Below are positions 1 to 8,351 of a stretch of 39,546 nucleotides of DNA, in pieces. The stretch is from a virus (Duplodnaviria; Caudoviricetes), in the IMG/VR virus record IMGVR_UViG_3300017766_003281, positions 1-39,546 of that record; one strand, written 5' to 3'. A program made the position numbers and the translations under genes. How positions within the stretch are numbered: position 1 is the stretch's first letter; each line of letters opens with the position of its first letter. The notes under the pieces are model-generated. The model did no database searches, was not told the DNA's origin, and saw only the letters and a program-made list of their open reading frames with translations.

Positions 1-123
1 CCTGGACGCTGAGCTTCAGCTCCTCCTCTACTCCGAAGTCGACGGCCGCGTACCGTACGGCGCGCTGACCAATCTGGTCGTGCCGCTGCTGGAAGAGTTC
101 ATGGAGCGGTATCGCGCGGCTGC
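1..123. repeat. Terminal direct repeat, left copy (circular-assembly overlap)
   Basis: Bases 1-123 are identical to 39424-39546, and an ORF reads uninterrupted across the junction. Confidence 0.97.
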
Positions 124-290
124 TGCCGCCAATGCCGCAGGGGGGTAGGCTGTGGGCAGCGCTTCCCTCACGCCCCCGCAACCTCAGCCGCAACCCCCCA
201 GCACCTGCGAAGGCTGCGGCGCACCCCTTTCCACCGACCACCCCGCTTGTCAGTTCTGTCTCCGTCCCAACCCAACCCGAAAGGTCCCCA

Positions 291-1676
291 ATGAGTTCAA
301 CCGTCATCCCTCTCCCTTCAGTCCCTACCCCCGCTCCCAAGCCTTCGGCCCCTTCTCGCCCGACCCCCAAGCTCAACATCACGACCCCTCCACCTTTGAA
401 CGCTGACCAGGAGGCTGCCCTCGTCGCAGCTATCGCCTGGATCAACGACCCAGAGGGTTCGCCCTTCCACATCATCAAGGGCTACGCCGGAACGGGTAAG
501 ACCTTCACGGTGAAGTCCTTCGTGGACCGGGTCCGCGGCCGCTTCGTCTTCTGCGCCCCTACCAACAAGGCCACGAAGGTGCTGCGCGAATCCTTCTCGG
601 GCACGGGGTACAAGCCCGACTGCCGCACCATCTACTCTCTCCTGGGCCTCCGTCTGGAAGCCAACGGGGAGATCAAGGAACTGACGGTCAAGCAACACCA
701 GCCAGGTGAGGAGCCGCTGGACCTCTCCCAGTTCAAGTGCGTCATCGTGGATGAAGCCTCCATGCTCCCCCTGATGCTCCTGCGCGACCACATCACCAAG
801 GCCGCGAATGAGTCGGGCGCCCGCTTCCTCTTCATGGGCGACCCGGCACAGCTCCCTCCGGTGAAGGAACCCCGCTCGCCGGTCTGGGGACTCAGTGACC
901 ACGGCATTCCGACCAGCGAACTCACCAAGGTAATGCGCCATGACAATCAGATCCTCACGCTCGTCACTACCATCCGTGGGAAGGTGGACCTGCCGCTACC
1001 GCAAATCCGCCTGGCCTCCGACAATGATGGCGAAGAGGGTGTCTGGTACAAATCGAAGATTGACTGGCTCAAGCGCATTCGTGAGGTTGCTGAAACTGGA
1101 CAGTTCCATTCAGGCGTGGCCAAAGCCGTGGCCTGGAGAAATGTTACGGTTGATCAGCTCAACGCGCTGGTACGTTCTACGTATTTTCCTGGTGCACAAC
1201 ACCCCTGGGTTGATGGGGACAGGGTTATATTCACAGCGCCTGCAAAGGATCTGGACGATGAACCGATGGCCAGCACAGACGATGAAGGCCGCGTCACCCG
1301 TGTTACTGAATCTTATCACCCCTACTACTCGGACATAAGGACCTACGATGTGGATATTGAACTGGACACGGGCTCGCTTGTCACTGCGCGGGTACTCCAC
1401 CCGGCTTCACGTCTGGAGTTCGAGCGCCAAGTTGCGGATAAGGCTGCGGCTGCGAAGGTGAGCAAACGGTTGTGGAAGGACTTCTGGGCCATGAAGGAAG
1501 CCTTCCATTCCCTGCGCCATGCCTACGCCATCACCGCGCACCGCAGCCAGGGCTCCACCTACGAAATCTGCTTCGTCGATGCCGGAGACATCCTCCTCAA
1601 CCAGAACCGGCAGGAAGCCTTCCGTTGCCTCTACGTCGCGTGCTCACGCCCGAAGAAGCAGCTCTGGCTCGCATAA
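291..1676 (+). CDS. SF1B (Dda/RecD-like) DNA helicase, 461 aa
   Basis: Motifs GYAGTGKT, APTNKA, VDEASM, GDPAQLPPV, YAITAHRSQGSTY and YVACSRP. Start moved to ATG 291, which follows GAAAGG. Confidence 0.92.
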   Translation: MSSTVIPLPSVPTPAPKPSAPSRPTPKLNITTPPPLNADQEAALVAAIAWINDPEGSPFHIIKGYAGTGKTFTVKSFVDRVRGRFVFCAPTNKATKVLRESFSGTGYKPDCRTIYSLLGLRLEANGEIKELTVKQHQPGEEPLDLSQFKCVIVDEASMLPLMLLRDHITKAANESGARFLFMGDPAQLPPVKEPRSPVWGLSDHGIPTSELTKVMRHDNQILTLVTTIRGKVDLPLPQIRLASDNDGEEGVWYKSKIDWLKRIREVAETGQFHSGVAKAVAWRNVTVDQLNALVRSTYFPGAQHPWVDGDRVIFTAPAKDLDDEPMASTDDEGRVTRVTESYHPYYSDIRTYDVDIELDTGSLVTARVLHPASRLEFERQVADKAAAAKVSKRLWKDFWAMKEAFHSLRHAYAITAHRSQGSTYEICFVDAGDILLNQNRQEAFRCLYVACSRPKKQLWLA

Positions 1677-1691
1677 CTGAGTGGCGGGGGG

Positions 1692-1720
1692 TTTCCAGCT
1701 TGACCCCCTCCCGATATAAT
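1692..1720 (+). promoter_or_regulatory. Possible sigma70 promoter
   Basis: TTTCCA-17 nt-TATAAT; the -10 box overlaps 40-bp repeat copy A. Confidence 0.4.
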
Positions 1721-1755
1721 CGGCCCGATTAAAACGTTTTAATCCTCCCCAATAA
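1716..1755. repeat. 40-bp double-palindrome element, copy A
   Basis: ATAATCGGCCCGATTAA-AACGTT-TTAATCCTCCCCAATAA. Confidence 0.85.
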
Positions 1756-1771
1756 CTCCCAAGGAACCATC

Positions 1772-1987
1772 ATGGCCCTGTCCCATGCCAGCCAGCTCAA
1801 ACTGGCGGAAATCCGCGCAAAGCAGACGCGCGGCGAAACCCTCACCATGGAAGAAATGCGTGAAGCCATAAGCCTCATGCGGGAAGGTCGCGTAGCGGCT
1901 GCCACCACTTCCGCCAAAGCCCGGACCGCTAAGCCCAAAGCCGGCCCGATCAACTCCGACGACCTCCTTCGTGACCTTGGACTCTAA
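1772..1987 (+). CDS. Hypothetical basic protein, 71 aa
   Basis: AAGGA SD; C-terminus INSDDLLRDLGL resembles the tails of two early paralogs. Confidence 0.8.
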   Translation: MALSHASQLKLAEIRAKQTRGETLTMEEMREAISLMREGRVAAATTSAKARTAKPKAGPINSDDLLRDLGL

Positions 1988-1992
1988 CCATC

Positions 1993-2382
1993 ATGACCAA
2001 TCCTTCTGCCCCAAAGTTCCGCATCGAACGCCTGGTCCACTTCCACCTCAAGGAAGTGCCTGAGTATTACAGCAACACGCCGGAGAAGGCCATTAAGGCC
2101 ATCGTGTTGGACTACGACGCCAGTGAGCACTGGGAAGAGCACTGGGCACCCCACTGCGGCAAGCTCCTCGCCATCGTCCCGCTCGTCGCCGAAGTCCCTG
2201 CTTTCGACGGCCGTACCGCAGCGGTTGAGTGCCTCCAAGCCGAGCTGACCACCTTCCGCGCCAACGCGCAGGCCCACATCAACAAGCTCCAGGGCAAGAT
2301 CGCAGACCTCCTGGCCCTGCCCGACTCCACCTCCGGCACCTCCGGCACCTCCGGCACCTCTGGCACCTCCATCCCCTTCTAA
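1993..2382 (+). CDS. Hypothetical protein, 129 aa, with coiled coil and (TSG)n tail
   Basis: Fills the operon between its neighbours; typical codon usage. Confidence 0.75.
   Translation: MTNPSAPKFRIERLVHFHLKEVPEYYSNTPEKAIKAIVLDYDASEHWEEHWAPHCGKLLAIVPLVAEVPAFDGRTAAVECLQAELTTFRANAQAHINKLQGKIADLLALPDSTSGTSGTSGTSGTSIPF
2328..2370. repeat. 9-bp tandem repeat (CACCTCCGG), about 4.7 copies, in frame
   Basis: Directly visible; encodes TSGTSGTSGTSGTS. Confidence 0.9.
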
Positions 2383-2393
2383 GGACCAACACC

Positions 2394-3527
2394 ATGTCAG
2401 GCTTCAACCCAGACCGCTTCCTCTCCGAGACAGTCGTCCCCCCGACCGACAGCTTCGTGGAACCTCAGGCCCCCGTCACCCTGTGGGTGGACTCGAAGAA
2501 CCGGCCCATGTTCCCGCACACAGTCGATAGCACGATGCTGGCCGCGTTCCGCTCCTGCCCCCAGAAGATGTTCCGCCAGTACGTCCAGCACTGGAAGTCA
2601 ACCTCCGAATCCGTCCACTTGGTGGCTGGTGGCGCCTTCGCCAAGGGCTTGGAAGTTGCCCGCCGTGCCTACTTCGAAGGCGTCGCATCCGTCCCCACCG
2701 TCAGCTACGACTCCGCCAATAACTTCAAGCGCAAGGTTACCTGGGACGAACTGCCCTGCCCCCAGCACGACAACACCTTCGCCACATCGGCAGGGCTTGC
2801 AGCCCTCATCGCAGCCTACGGCGACTTCGAGTGCCCACCCGAGTCCGCCAAGTCCCTCGAACGCACGGCCGGGGCATTGGAGTTCTACTTCGACCGCTAC
2901 CCTCTGGGCGCAGACGGGATGCTCCCTATCCACCTGCCCAACGGCAAGTCCGGGATCGAGTTCTCCTTCGCCAACCCGCTGGAGTTTCGCCACCCAATCA
3001 GCGGCGACCCCATCCTCTACACAGGCCGGGCCGACTTGATCTGCCACTTCGCAGACGACGTGTGGATTCTGGACGACAAGACCACCACCAGCCTCGGAGC
3101 CTCCTGGGCCAACCAGTGGGAATTGCGCTCGCAGTTCACCGGGTATGCGTGGTCGGCCAAGCAGCAGGGACTGGAAGCCGCTGGCTGTCTCGTCCGTGGT
3201 GTCAGCATCCTCAAGACCAAGTACGACACGCAGCAGGTGATGACCTACCGCACCGAGCATGAGATGGAGCGCTGGTACAAGCAGGTGCACCGCGACCTCC
3301 AGCGTATGCTCAACTGCTGGGAAGAGGGCTGGTGGGACTACTCCCTCGACTCCGCCTGCACCGAGTATGGTGGCTGCAGCCTCACCCGCATCTGCAAGTC
3401 CCAGTCCCCCGACGACTACCTGCCCATCTACTTCCATCAGCGCGTCTGGGACCCTCTGGCCCGCCGCGAGTTGACAGTGGCCGAATGGGAACAGGAGTGG
3501 GCAGGGAAGGCGATCGTGGGGGCGTGA
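2394..3527 (+). CDS. PD-(D/E)XK exonuclease, Cas4/AddB-like with Fe-S Cys pattern, 377 aa
   Basis: N-terminal SCPQK, HL..G..F, E(IEFSF), GRADLI and LDDKTT; C-terminal C-x5-C-x5-C (ACTEYGGCSLTRIC). AAGGA SD before ATG 2394. Confidence 0.88.
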   Translation: MSGFNPDRFLSETVVPPTDSFVEPQAPVTLWVDSKNRPMFPHTVDSTMLAAFRSCPQKMFRQYVQHWKSTSESVHLVAGGAFAKGLEVARRAYFEGVASVPTVSYDSANNFKRKVTWDELPCPQHDNTFATSAGLAALIAAYGDFECPPESAKSLERTAGALEFYFDRYPLGADGMLPIHLPNGKSGIEFSFANPLEFRHPISGDPILYTGRADLICHFADDVWILDDKTTTSLGASWANQWELRSQFTGYAWSAKQQGLEAAGCLVRGVSILKTKYDTQQVMTYRTEHEMERWYKQVHRDLQRMLNCWEEGWWDYSLDSACTEYGGCSLTRICKSQSPDDYLPIYFHQRVWDPLARRELTVAEWEQEWAGKAIVGA

Positions 3528-3531
3528 TGGA

Positions 3532-3906
3532 ATGCTCCAGTACTTCTTCCTGGGAAGTCGGTTTGCAGGCTCAACTCCTCGCAGACCCTTCGTTGCTCGA
3601 GGACTCGACTTTCCGGTGGACCCCCCAAGCCTATTACTCTGGTGCAAGGCCTGTGGGGAAGTCTATTGTAAAGCGCCTGTGGTACGAGGTGATGGCTCGG
3701 AAGTTCCTTGGCGAGCTGTTGCGCACTACTGCCCAAGGTGCCAGCCCACACACTTCACCAGCAATCCTCCTGGCAGCCTATACGCTGCCGAAGGTTGCGA
3801 CCCCGAACTCGCTTCAGCATTTCCCGATGCCGTGCTCAAGTGGGAATTTCAAAGGCATCTTGACTGGTATGACCGGGACTCCCCGGAGAAGATAACCATC
3901 GTATGA
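3532..3906 (+). CDS. Hypothetical Zn-binding protein, 124 aa
   Basis: CKAC...CPRC pairs; ATGA overlap with the next gene. Confidence 0.7.
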   Translation: MLQYFFLGSRFAGSTPRRPFVARGLDFPVDPPSLLLWCKACGEVYCKAPVVRGDGSEVPWRAVAHYCPRCQPTHFTSNPPGSLYAAEGCDPELASAFPDAVLKWEFQRHLDWYDRDSPEKITIV

Positions 3907-4379
3907 CAATCACCTCCCTGCCCAAAGCCTCCACCCTGGAAAGCATCGCCTTCTGGTTCCAGCTCGCAGTCCCTTCCCCCACCACGGCAAACCAGCGCGT
4001 TCAGCTCGGCTGCCACATGGAGGAAGTGGGCGAGATGCTGGAAATCGTGGCCGAACCACAAGCCGCCATCACCGTGTCCGTGCTGGAAGCAGCCGACGAA
4101 CTCAAGAAGGGTGTGGGCGAACCGCAGTACCTGCACCAGCTCTCCGCCGCACAGCGCGCCGACCTCCTCGATGCCCTCTGCGATCAAGTGGTGACCGCCA
4201 TCGGCGTGGCCCACATGTACCGCCTGGACATCATCGGTGCCCTTTCGGCAGTGGACGATGCCAACTGGCGCAAGTTCATCAACGGCCTGCCGCAGTTCGA
4301 CGCCAACGGCAAGATCAAGAAGCCCGAAGGCTGGGAACCAGCAAACGTCGCCCCTTTCATCCACGGCATCGCCAAGTAA
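3903..4379 (+). CDS. MazG-like/all-alpha nucleoside triphosphate pyrophosphohydrolase
   Basis: EEVGE ... DALCD acidic motif, V..ANW.KF, and a GKIKKPEGWEP C-terminus typical of phage PRA-PH/MazG-like proteins. Confidence 0.85.
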   Translation: MTITSLPKASTLESIAFWFQLAVPSPTTANQRVQLGCHMEEVGEMLEIVAEPQAAITVSVLEAADELKKGVGEPQYLHQLSAAQRADLLDALCDQVVTAIGVAHMYRLDIIGALSAVDDANWRKFINGLPQFDANGKIKKPEGWEPANVAPFIHGIAK

Positions 4380-4398
4380 CCACAGGAGCCCCTCCATC

Positions 4399-4788
4399 AT
4401 GAGCCACCCTAACCCCACCCTGTCCGACCGCGCGACACGCCACCTCAAGAACGAAGTGTACCCCTCCCCCACCAGCCAATCCGGAGCCCAGTCCATGCTA
4501 GTGGCAAGCGGCGACACCGGCGTCAACTTCCTCTCCAACGCCACCGAAGAGGAATGCCGCGAGCTGCGCCAGTACCTGGCCGAAGTCGCCGCCAACCGTT
4601 TCTTCCTGGTTCTGGACAACTACGCCACCCACTTGGCCAACTCCGCCCAGTCCCGCCAGCCCTTCATCCCGATCCGCTGTCACCCAGCCGCGGGCGACCT
4701 CTTGCCCTTGGTCCCGCCAGACTACACCTCCCACATCTGGCACACCATCGACCAAGTGGGCCGCCGCATCTACGGCCAGTTCTTCTAA
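4399..4788 (+). CDS. Hypothetical protein, 129 aa (frame stays open after the stop to 4968)
   Basis: AGGAG SD before ATG 4399; see finding on the in-frame TAA. Confidence 0.7.
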   Translation: MSHPNPTLSDRATRHLKNEVYPSPTSQSGAQSMLVASGDTGVNFLSNATEEECRELRQYLAEVAANRFFLVLDNYATHLANSAQSRQPFIPIRCHPAAGDLLPLVPPDYTSHIWHTIDQVGRRIYGQFF

Positions 4789-4800
4789 GCGTGGTGCACA

Positions 4801-4968
4801 GTGGACTATACCGAATACACTTCAGTCGCCCAAGACCGTAAAATTGACGGTATGATTGCGCCGGACCTCCGCGGTGATCTAGAGGAGGTCATCAACCAGA
4901 TCCTTGAAAGCTTCGCGGAATCTCACAAGGATCAACTGGAGAAAGAAGGCTGGGTCCGCCCAGCCTAA
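4801..4968 (+). CDS. 55-aa acidic ORF, or C-terminal part of the preceding gene
   Basis: GTG start; VDYTEYTSVAQDRKIDGMIAPDLRGDLEEVINQILESFAESHKDQLEKEGWVRPA. Same frame as 4399-4788; no clear SD. Confidence 0.5.
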   Translation: MDYTEYTSVAQDRKIDGMIAPDLRGDLEEVINQILESFAESHKDQLEKEGWVRPA

Positions 4969-4973
4969 CCCAT

Positions 4974-4990
4974 GCCCCTTCGGGGGCTTT
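4974..4990 (+). terminator. Small UUCG hairpin, weak terminator
   Basis: GCCCC-TTCG-GGGGC-TTT directly after the stop at 4968. Confidence 0.45.
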
Positions 4991-5028
4991 CCCGCTGAGG
5001 AATCTCCCTCACATTTTCAGGATCAAAT

Positions 5029-5919
5029 ATGTCCCAACCCCTCTCCGCAGCTTCCGCTCCCGCATCCTGCGCAGCCGGCGTCAACGTCGCCTTGATGGGT
5101 CCAGCCGGCACCGGCAAAACCCATGCCATCGGCACCCTGGTCGACGCGGGCATCGAAGTCTTTTACCTCTCCCTGGAATCGGGCCTCGAATCCCTCCTGG
5201 GCTACTACTCCGACAAGGGCAAGCCCATCCCCGCAAACCTCCACTGGCACCAGTTCAAAACCCAGGTCGATGGCTTCGCTTCGATGATCGACTCAGCCAA
5301 GAAGATCAACCTCATGTCCCTCGACTCCCTGGCCAAGATGGCCGATCCACAGAAGTCCAAGTATGACCAATTCGTCAAGTTTCTTGAAGCTCTCTCTAAT
5401 TTCCCGGATGATCGTACCGGGCAGAAGTTTGGCGCCGTGGACTCATGGGGTCCAGACAAAGCCCTGGTCATTGACGGACTCACGGGCCTGGGAAACATCG
5501 CGATGGCCTTGGTCATTGGTGGTAAGCCCGTCCGAAATCAGTCAGACTGGGGTATTGCTCAGGGTCAAGTCGAGGCAATCCTCCGGCAGTTATGTGACGG
5601 CTGCAAGTGTCACTTCGTTCTCCTGGCCCACGTTGACCGTGAAGTTGACCCGGTCCTGGGTGGAACAAAAATCATGATGGCCAGCCTCGGCAAGGCCCTC
5701 GCACCGAAGCTCCCGTCGATGTTCTCCGACATCATCCTGGCCACTCGTCAGGGCTCCACGTGGACTTGGGACACCAACTCCAGCCTCGCCGATGTGAAGT
5801 CCCGCAACCTCCCGCTGAAGGCCGACAACCGCCCTGACTTCGCCCCCATCATTTCGAAGTGGCGCACCCGCATGGAATCTGCTACAGCAGTCCCACAGAA
5901 CTTGCCAACCGGGGGTTGA
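5029..5919 (+). CDS. AAA_24 (Sak4-like) P-loop ATPase, 296 aa
   Basis: Walker A GPAGTGKT, Walker B LVIDGLT, and DWG and LAHV motifs; sits between the nuclease and SSB-like genes. Confidence 0.85.
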   Translation: MSQPLSAASAPASCAAGVNVALMGPAGTGKTHAIGTLVDAGIEVFYLSLESGLESLLGYYSDKGKPIPANLHWHQFKTQVDGFASMIDSAKKINLMSLDSLAKMADPQKSKYDQFVKFLEALSNFPDDRTGQKFGAVDSWGPDKALVIDGLTGLGNIAMALVIGGKPVRNQSDWGIAQGQVEAILRQLCDGCKCHFVLLAHVDREVDPVLGGTKIMMASLGKALAPKLPSMFSDIILATRQGSTWTWDTNSSLADVKSRNLPLKADNRPDFAPIISKWRTRMESATAVPQNLPTGG

Positions 5920-5944
5920 CACCTCCCCCACCCCCAGCGACAAT
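5916..5944 (+). promoter_or_regulatory. sigma70 promoter for the SSB-like gene
   Basis: TTGACA-17 nt-GACAAT; the same hexamers occur at 37218-37246. Confidence 0.75.
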
Positions 5945-5958
5945 CCAATCCTCTCGAA

Positions 5959-6005
5959 GTGCAATTAGTGGCCACTGCTAATACACCCACCCCTTTCTCA
6001 GTGGC
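5959..6005 (+). promoter_or_regulatory. Predicted H-type RNA pseudoknot in the 5' leader
   Basis: S1 ATTAGT(5964-69)/GCTAAT(5977-82), 1-nt loop, S2 GCCACT(5971-76)/AGTGGC(6000-05). Confidence 0.55.
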
Positions 6006-6034
6006 AATACCGTAAACCGCAAGGAAACTTCACC

Positions 6035-6487
6035 ATGTCCGCATTTGATCCAGACCTGTTCCTCTCCCAGACCGTTGACCAAGCAAACGACACCAAAGTT
6101 ACCCCCTGCCCAGCCGGCGAATTCACCGGCGTGGTCAAGGAATTCAAGGCCCGCCAGTGGACTGCCAAGTCCGACCCGTCGAACACTGGCGTGACCCTCG
6201 ACGTGACCTGGACCATCGAAGACGAAGGCGTCCGTCAGACCCTCGACCGCCAAGAAGTGACCGTCCGCCAGGGCATCATGCTCGACGTGACGGAAGCTGG
6301 CGCCCTCGACCTGGGCAAGGGCAAGAACGTTGGCTTGGGCCGCCTCCGCGAAGCCCTGGGCCTGAACGTCCCCGGCCAGCCCTTCTCCTTCGGTATGCTG
6401 AACGGCCAGATGGCCAAGGTCACCGTGGCCCACCGCGTTGTTGGTGAAGACATCTTCGCCGACGTGAAGATGGTCGCCAAGCTGTAA
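6035..6487 (+). CDS. Probable single-stranded DNA-binding protein (DUF669-like OB fold), 150 aa
   Basis: P.GEF.G.V beta-rich pattern, LGRLREALG, and position after the AAA_24 gene. Has its own promoter and terminator and strong codon bias. Confidence 0.7.
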   Translation: MSAFDPDLFLSQTVDQANDTKVTPCPAGEFTGVVKEFKARQWTAKSDPSNTGVTLDVTWTIEDEGVRQTLDRQEVTVRQGIMLDVTEAGALDLGKGKNVGLGRLREALGLNVPGQPFSFGMLNGQMAKVTVAHRVVGEDIFADVKMVAKL

Positions 6488-6535
6488 TCAGCCCGCCTGC
6501 CTCTTGCCGCAGTTGTCCACCTCCCCGTGGACGTT

Positions 6536-6574
6536 ACCCCGCACAGTAGCCCAGGTTGTTGTGCGGGGTTTTTT
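6536..6574 (+). terminator. Rho-independent terminator
   Basis: ACCCCGCACA...TGTGCGGGGT stem followed by a T-run. Confidence 0.85.
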
Positions 6575-6596
6575 CATGGCTGGACGGCAGGGGCAA

Positions 6597-6613
6597 TTAT
6601 TGGGACGGATTGA
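6597..6613. repeat. Half copy of the 40-bp element
   Basis: TTATTGGGACGGATTGA matches the left arm; no right arm follows. Confidence 0.45.
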
Positions 6614-6777
6614 TTATAGGCCCGTGGACGGCCGAACGGTGCCGGGAATACCATAGCATACCCCCCACCATCGCCCCGTCCATTTCGCCCGTTTTACCGC
6701 CTCCCCGCCGATCCTCTCCCGCCCCAATCCCGCCGCCCGAACCTCTCCCCCTCTCCAACCCCTTCAAGGTCCCAATC

Positions 6778-8211
6778 ATGGCATCCCTCATCCCCCTGTC
6801 CAGCATCACTATCCGAGAAAATCGCCAGCGTCAATTTTTCGACGCGCAGAAAGAGGACGACCTCCGCTCCAGCATCGAAACCAACGGCCTGCTTCACGCC
6901 GTGGTTGTCCGGGAAGAGGCGGGCAAGCTGGTCCTCGTAGCGGGCGAAACCCGCATCCGTCAAATGCGTGACATCTGGCAGCTCGGCGGAACCTTCACCT
7001 ATGACGGTAAGTCCGTCCCGGAAGGTATGGTCCCGGCCACCAACCTTGGCAACGTCACCGAACTGGAGGCGGAAGATGCCGAACTCAATGAGAATCTGAA
7101 GCGCGCCGACCTCACATGGCAAGAGCGTGCGGATGCTGAGGCCCGGCTCCACCGGCTGCGGGTCAAGCAGTCCGAATCCGCTACCGCCATCATCACCAAA
7201 AAGGTTGAACAGGCACGGGCTGAAGGTAGTGGCGATGGCTTCATCGACGCACTGGTGGCAACCATGCCCAAGCCCCACACGGTGGCCGACACTGCCCAGG
7301 AACTCTACGGCCGGAGCGATGGCGGGTATCAGGCGCAAACGAAGCGCTCACTCATCCTGGCACAGAATCTCTCCAACCCAGTGATTGCCAAGGCCAAGAC
7401 CGCGGACGAAGCGTTGAAGCTGCTGCGCAAGCAGGAGGAGCAGACCCGCAACATCCAGATGGCCGTGGCAGTGGGCAAGACCTTCACCGCCTCGTCCCAC
7501 ACCCTCCTGAACGGTTCGTGCCTGGACCTGATGCAAGGTGCAGACATGGCCGGGAAGTTCGACGTCATCCTGACTGACCCGCCGTACGGTATGGGGGCCG
7601 ACAGCTTCGGCGACGGCGGCGGCAAGCTGGCGAACAGCGAGCACCACTACGACGACAGCTACGAATCTTGGCTCACTCTGATGAAGGCCTGGGCACCCCT
7701 GACGATGCTGGTGACGAAGCCCCAAGCCCACCTCTACGCGTTCTGCGACCTGGACCGATTCCACGAATTGAAGGCCATGCTGGAATCGGTGGGCTGGGAC
7801 GTGTTTCGCACCCCCTTCGTCATCCACAAACTGAACAGCGGCCGGGTGCCCCGCCCAGAGCACGGCCCACGCCGCCAGTACGAACTCTGCCTCTACGCCA
7901 TCAAGGGCAACAAGCAGGTGACGTGTATTCGCCCGGATGTGATTGCGGCTGAAGGCGACCGCAACATGACCCACGGTGCGCAGAAGCCCGTGGCCGTGTA
8001 CCAAGACCTGCTGCAGCGCTCGGTGCGTCCTGGGGATCAGGTCCTTGACTGCTTCGCCGGCTCGGGTACACTTCTCCCTGCCGCCCACACGTTGAAGTGC
8101 TTCGCCACCCTGATGGAACGGGAGGCAGAATACTACGCGATGTGCCTGAAGCGTGTGGAGCAGGTCCGCTCGATGGAGAACAACCTTGTCATTCCAGGCC
8201 TCGAAGACTGA
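6778..8211 (+). CDS. ParB/Srx-like domain fused to an N6-adenine/N4-cytosine DNA methyltransferase (beta class), 477 aa
   Basis: N-terminal RQRQ.F, L..SI..NGLLHAVVV, LVAGETR and ELNENLKRADL; C-terminal catalytic DPPY, H..QKP and SAM-binding VLDCFAGSGT. Confidence 0.9.
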   Translation: MASLIPLSSITIRENRQRQFFDAQKEDDLRSSIETNGLLHAVVVREEAGKLVLVAGETRIRQMRDIWQLGGTFTYDGKSVPEGMVPATNLGNVTELEAEDAELNENLKRADLTWQERADAEARLHRLRVKQSESATAIITKKVEQARAEGSGDGFIDALVATMPKPHTVADTAQELYGRSDGGYQAQTKRSLILAQNLSNPVIAKAKTADEALKLLRKQEEQTRNIQMAVAVGKTFTASSHTLLNGSCLDLMQGADMAGKFDVILTDPPYGMGADSFGDGGGKLANSEHHYDDSYESWLTLMKAWAPLTMLVTKPQAHLYAFCDLDRFHELKAMLESVGWDVFRTPFVIHKLNSGRVPRPEHGPRRQYELCLYAIKGNKQVTCIRPDVIAAEGDRNMTHGAQKPVAVYQDLLQRSVRPGDQVLDCFAGSGTLLPAAHTLKCFATLMEREAEYYAMCLKRVEQVRSMENNLVIPGLED

Positions 8212-8351
8212 CGCGGCGGGGGCTTGCCCCCTCCACAACGAACACGTTATCAAGTTCTACCGCTGGAAATACTTCCTCGCCTCCCAGGGCGGTAGATTTT
8301 TCGCAATGGCCGTACTGGCCGAATGGGAACGCGAGGAAAGGGAAAAGCAAA

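Noticed and set aside
1-123. 123-bp terminal repeat as a biological direct terminal repeat
   Set aside because: It falls in the middle of an ORF and has the size of an assembler overlap, so it indicates circularity rather than physical ends.
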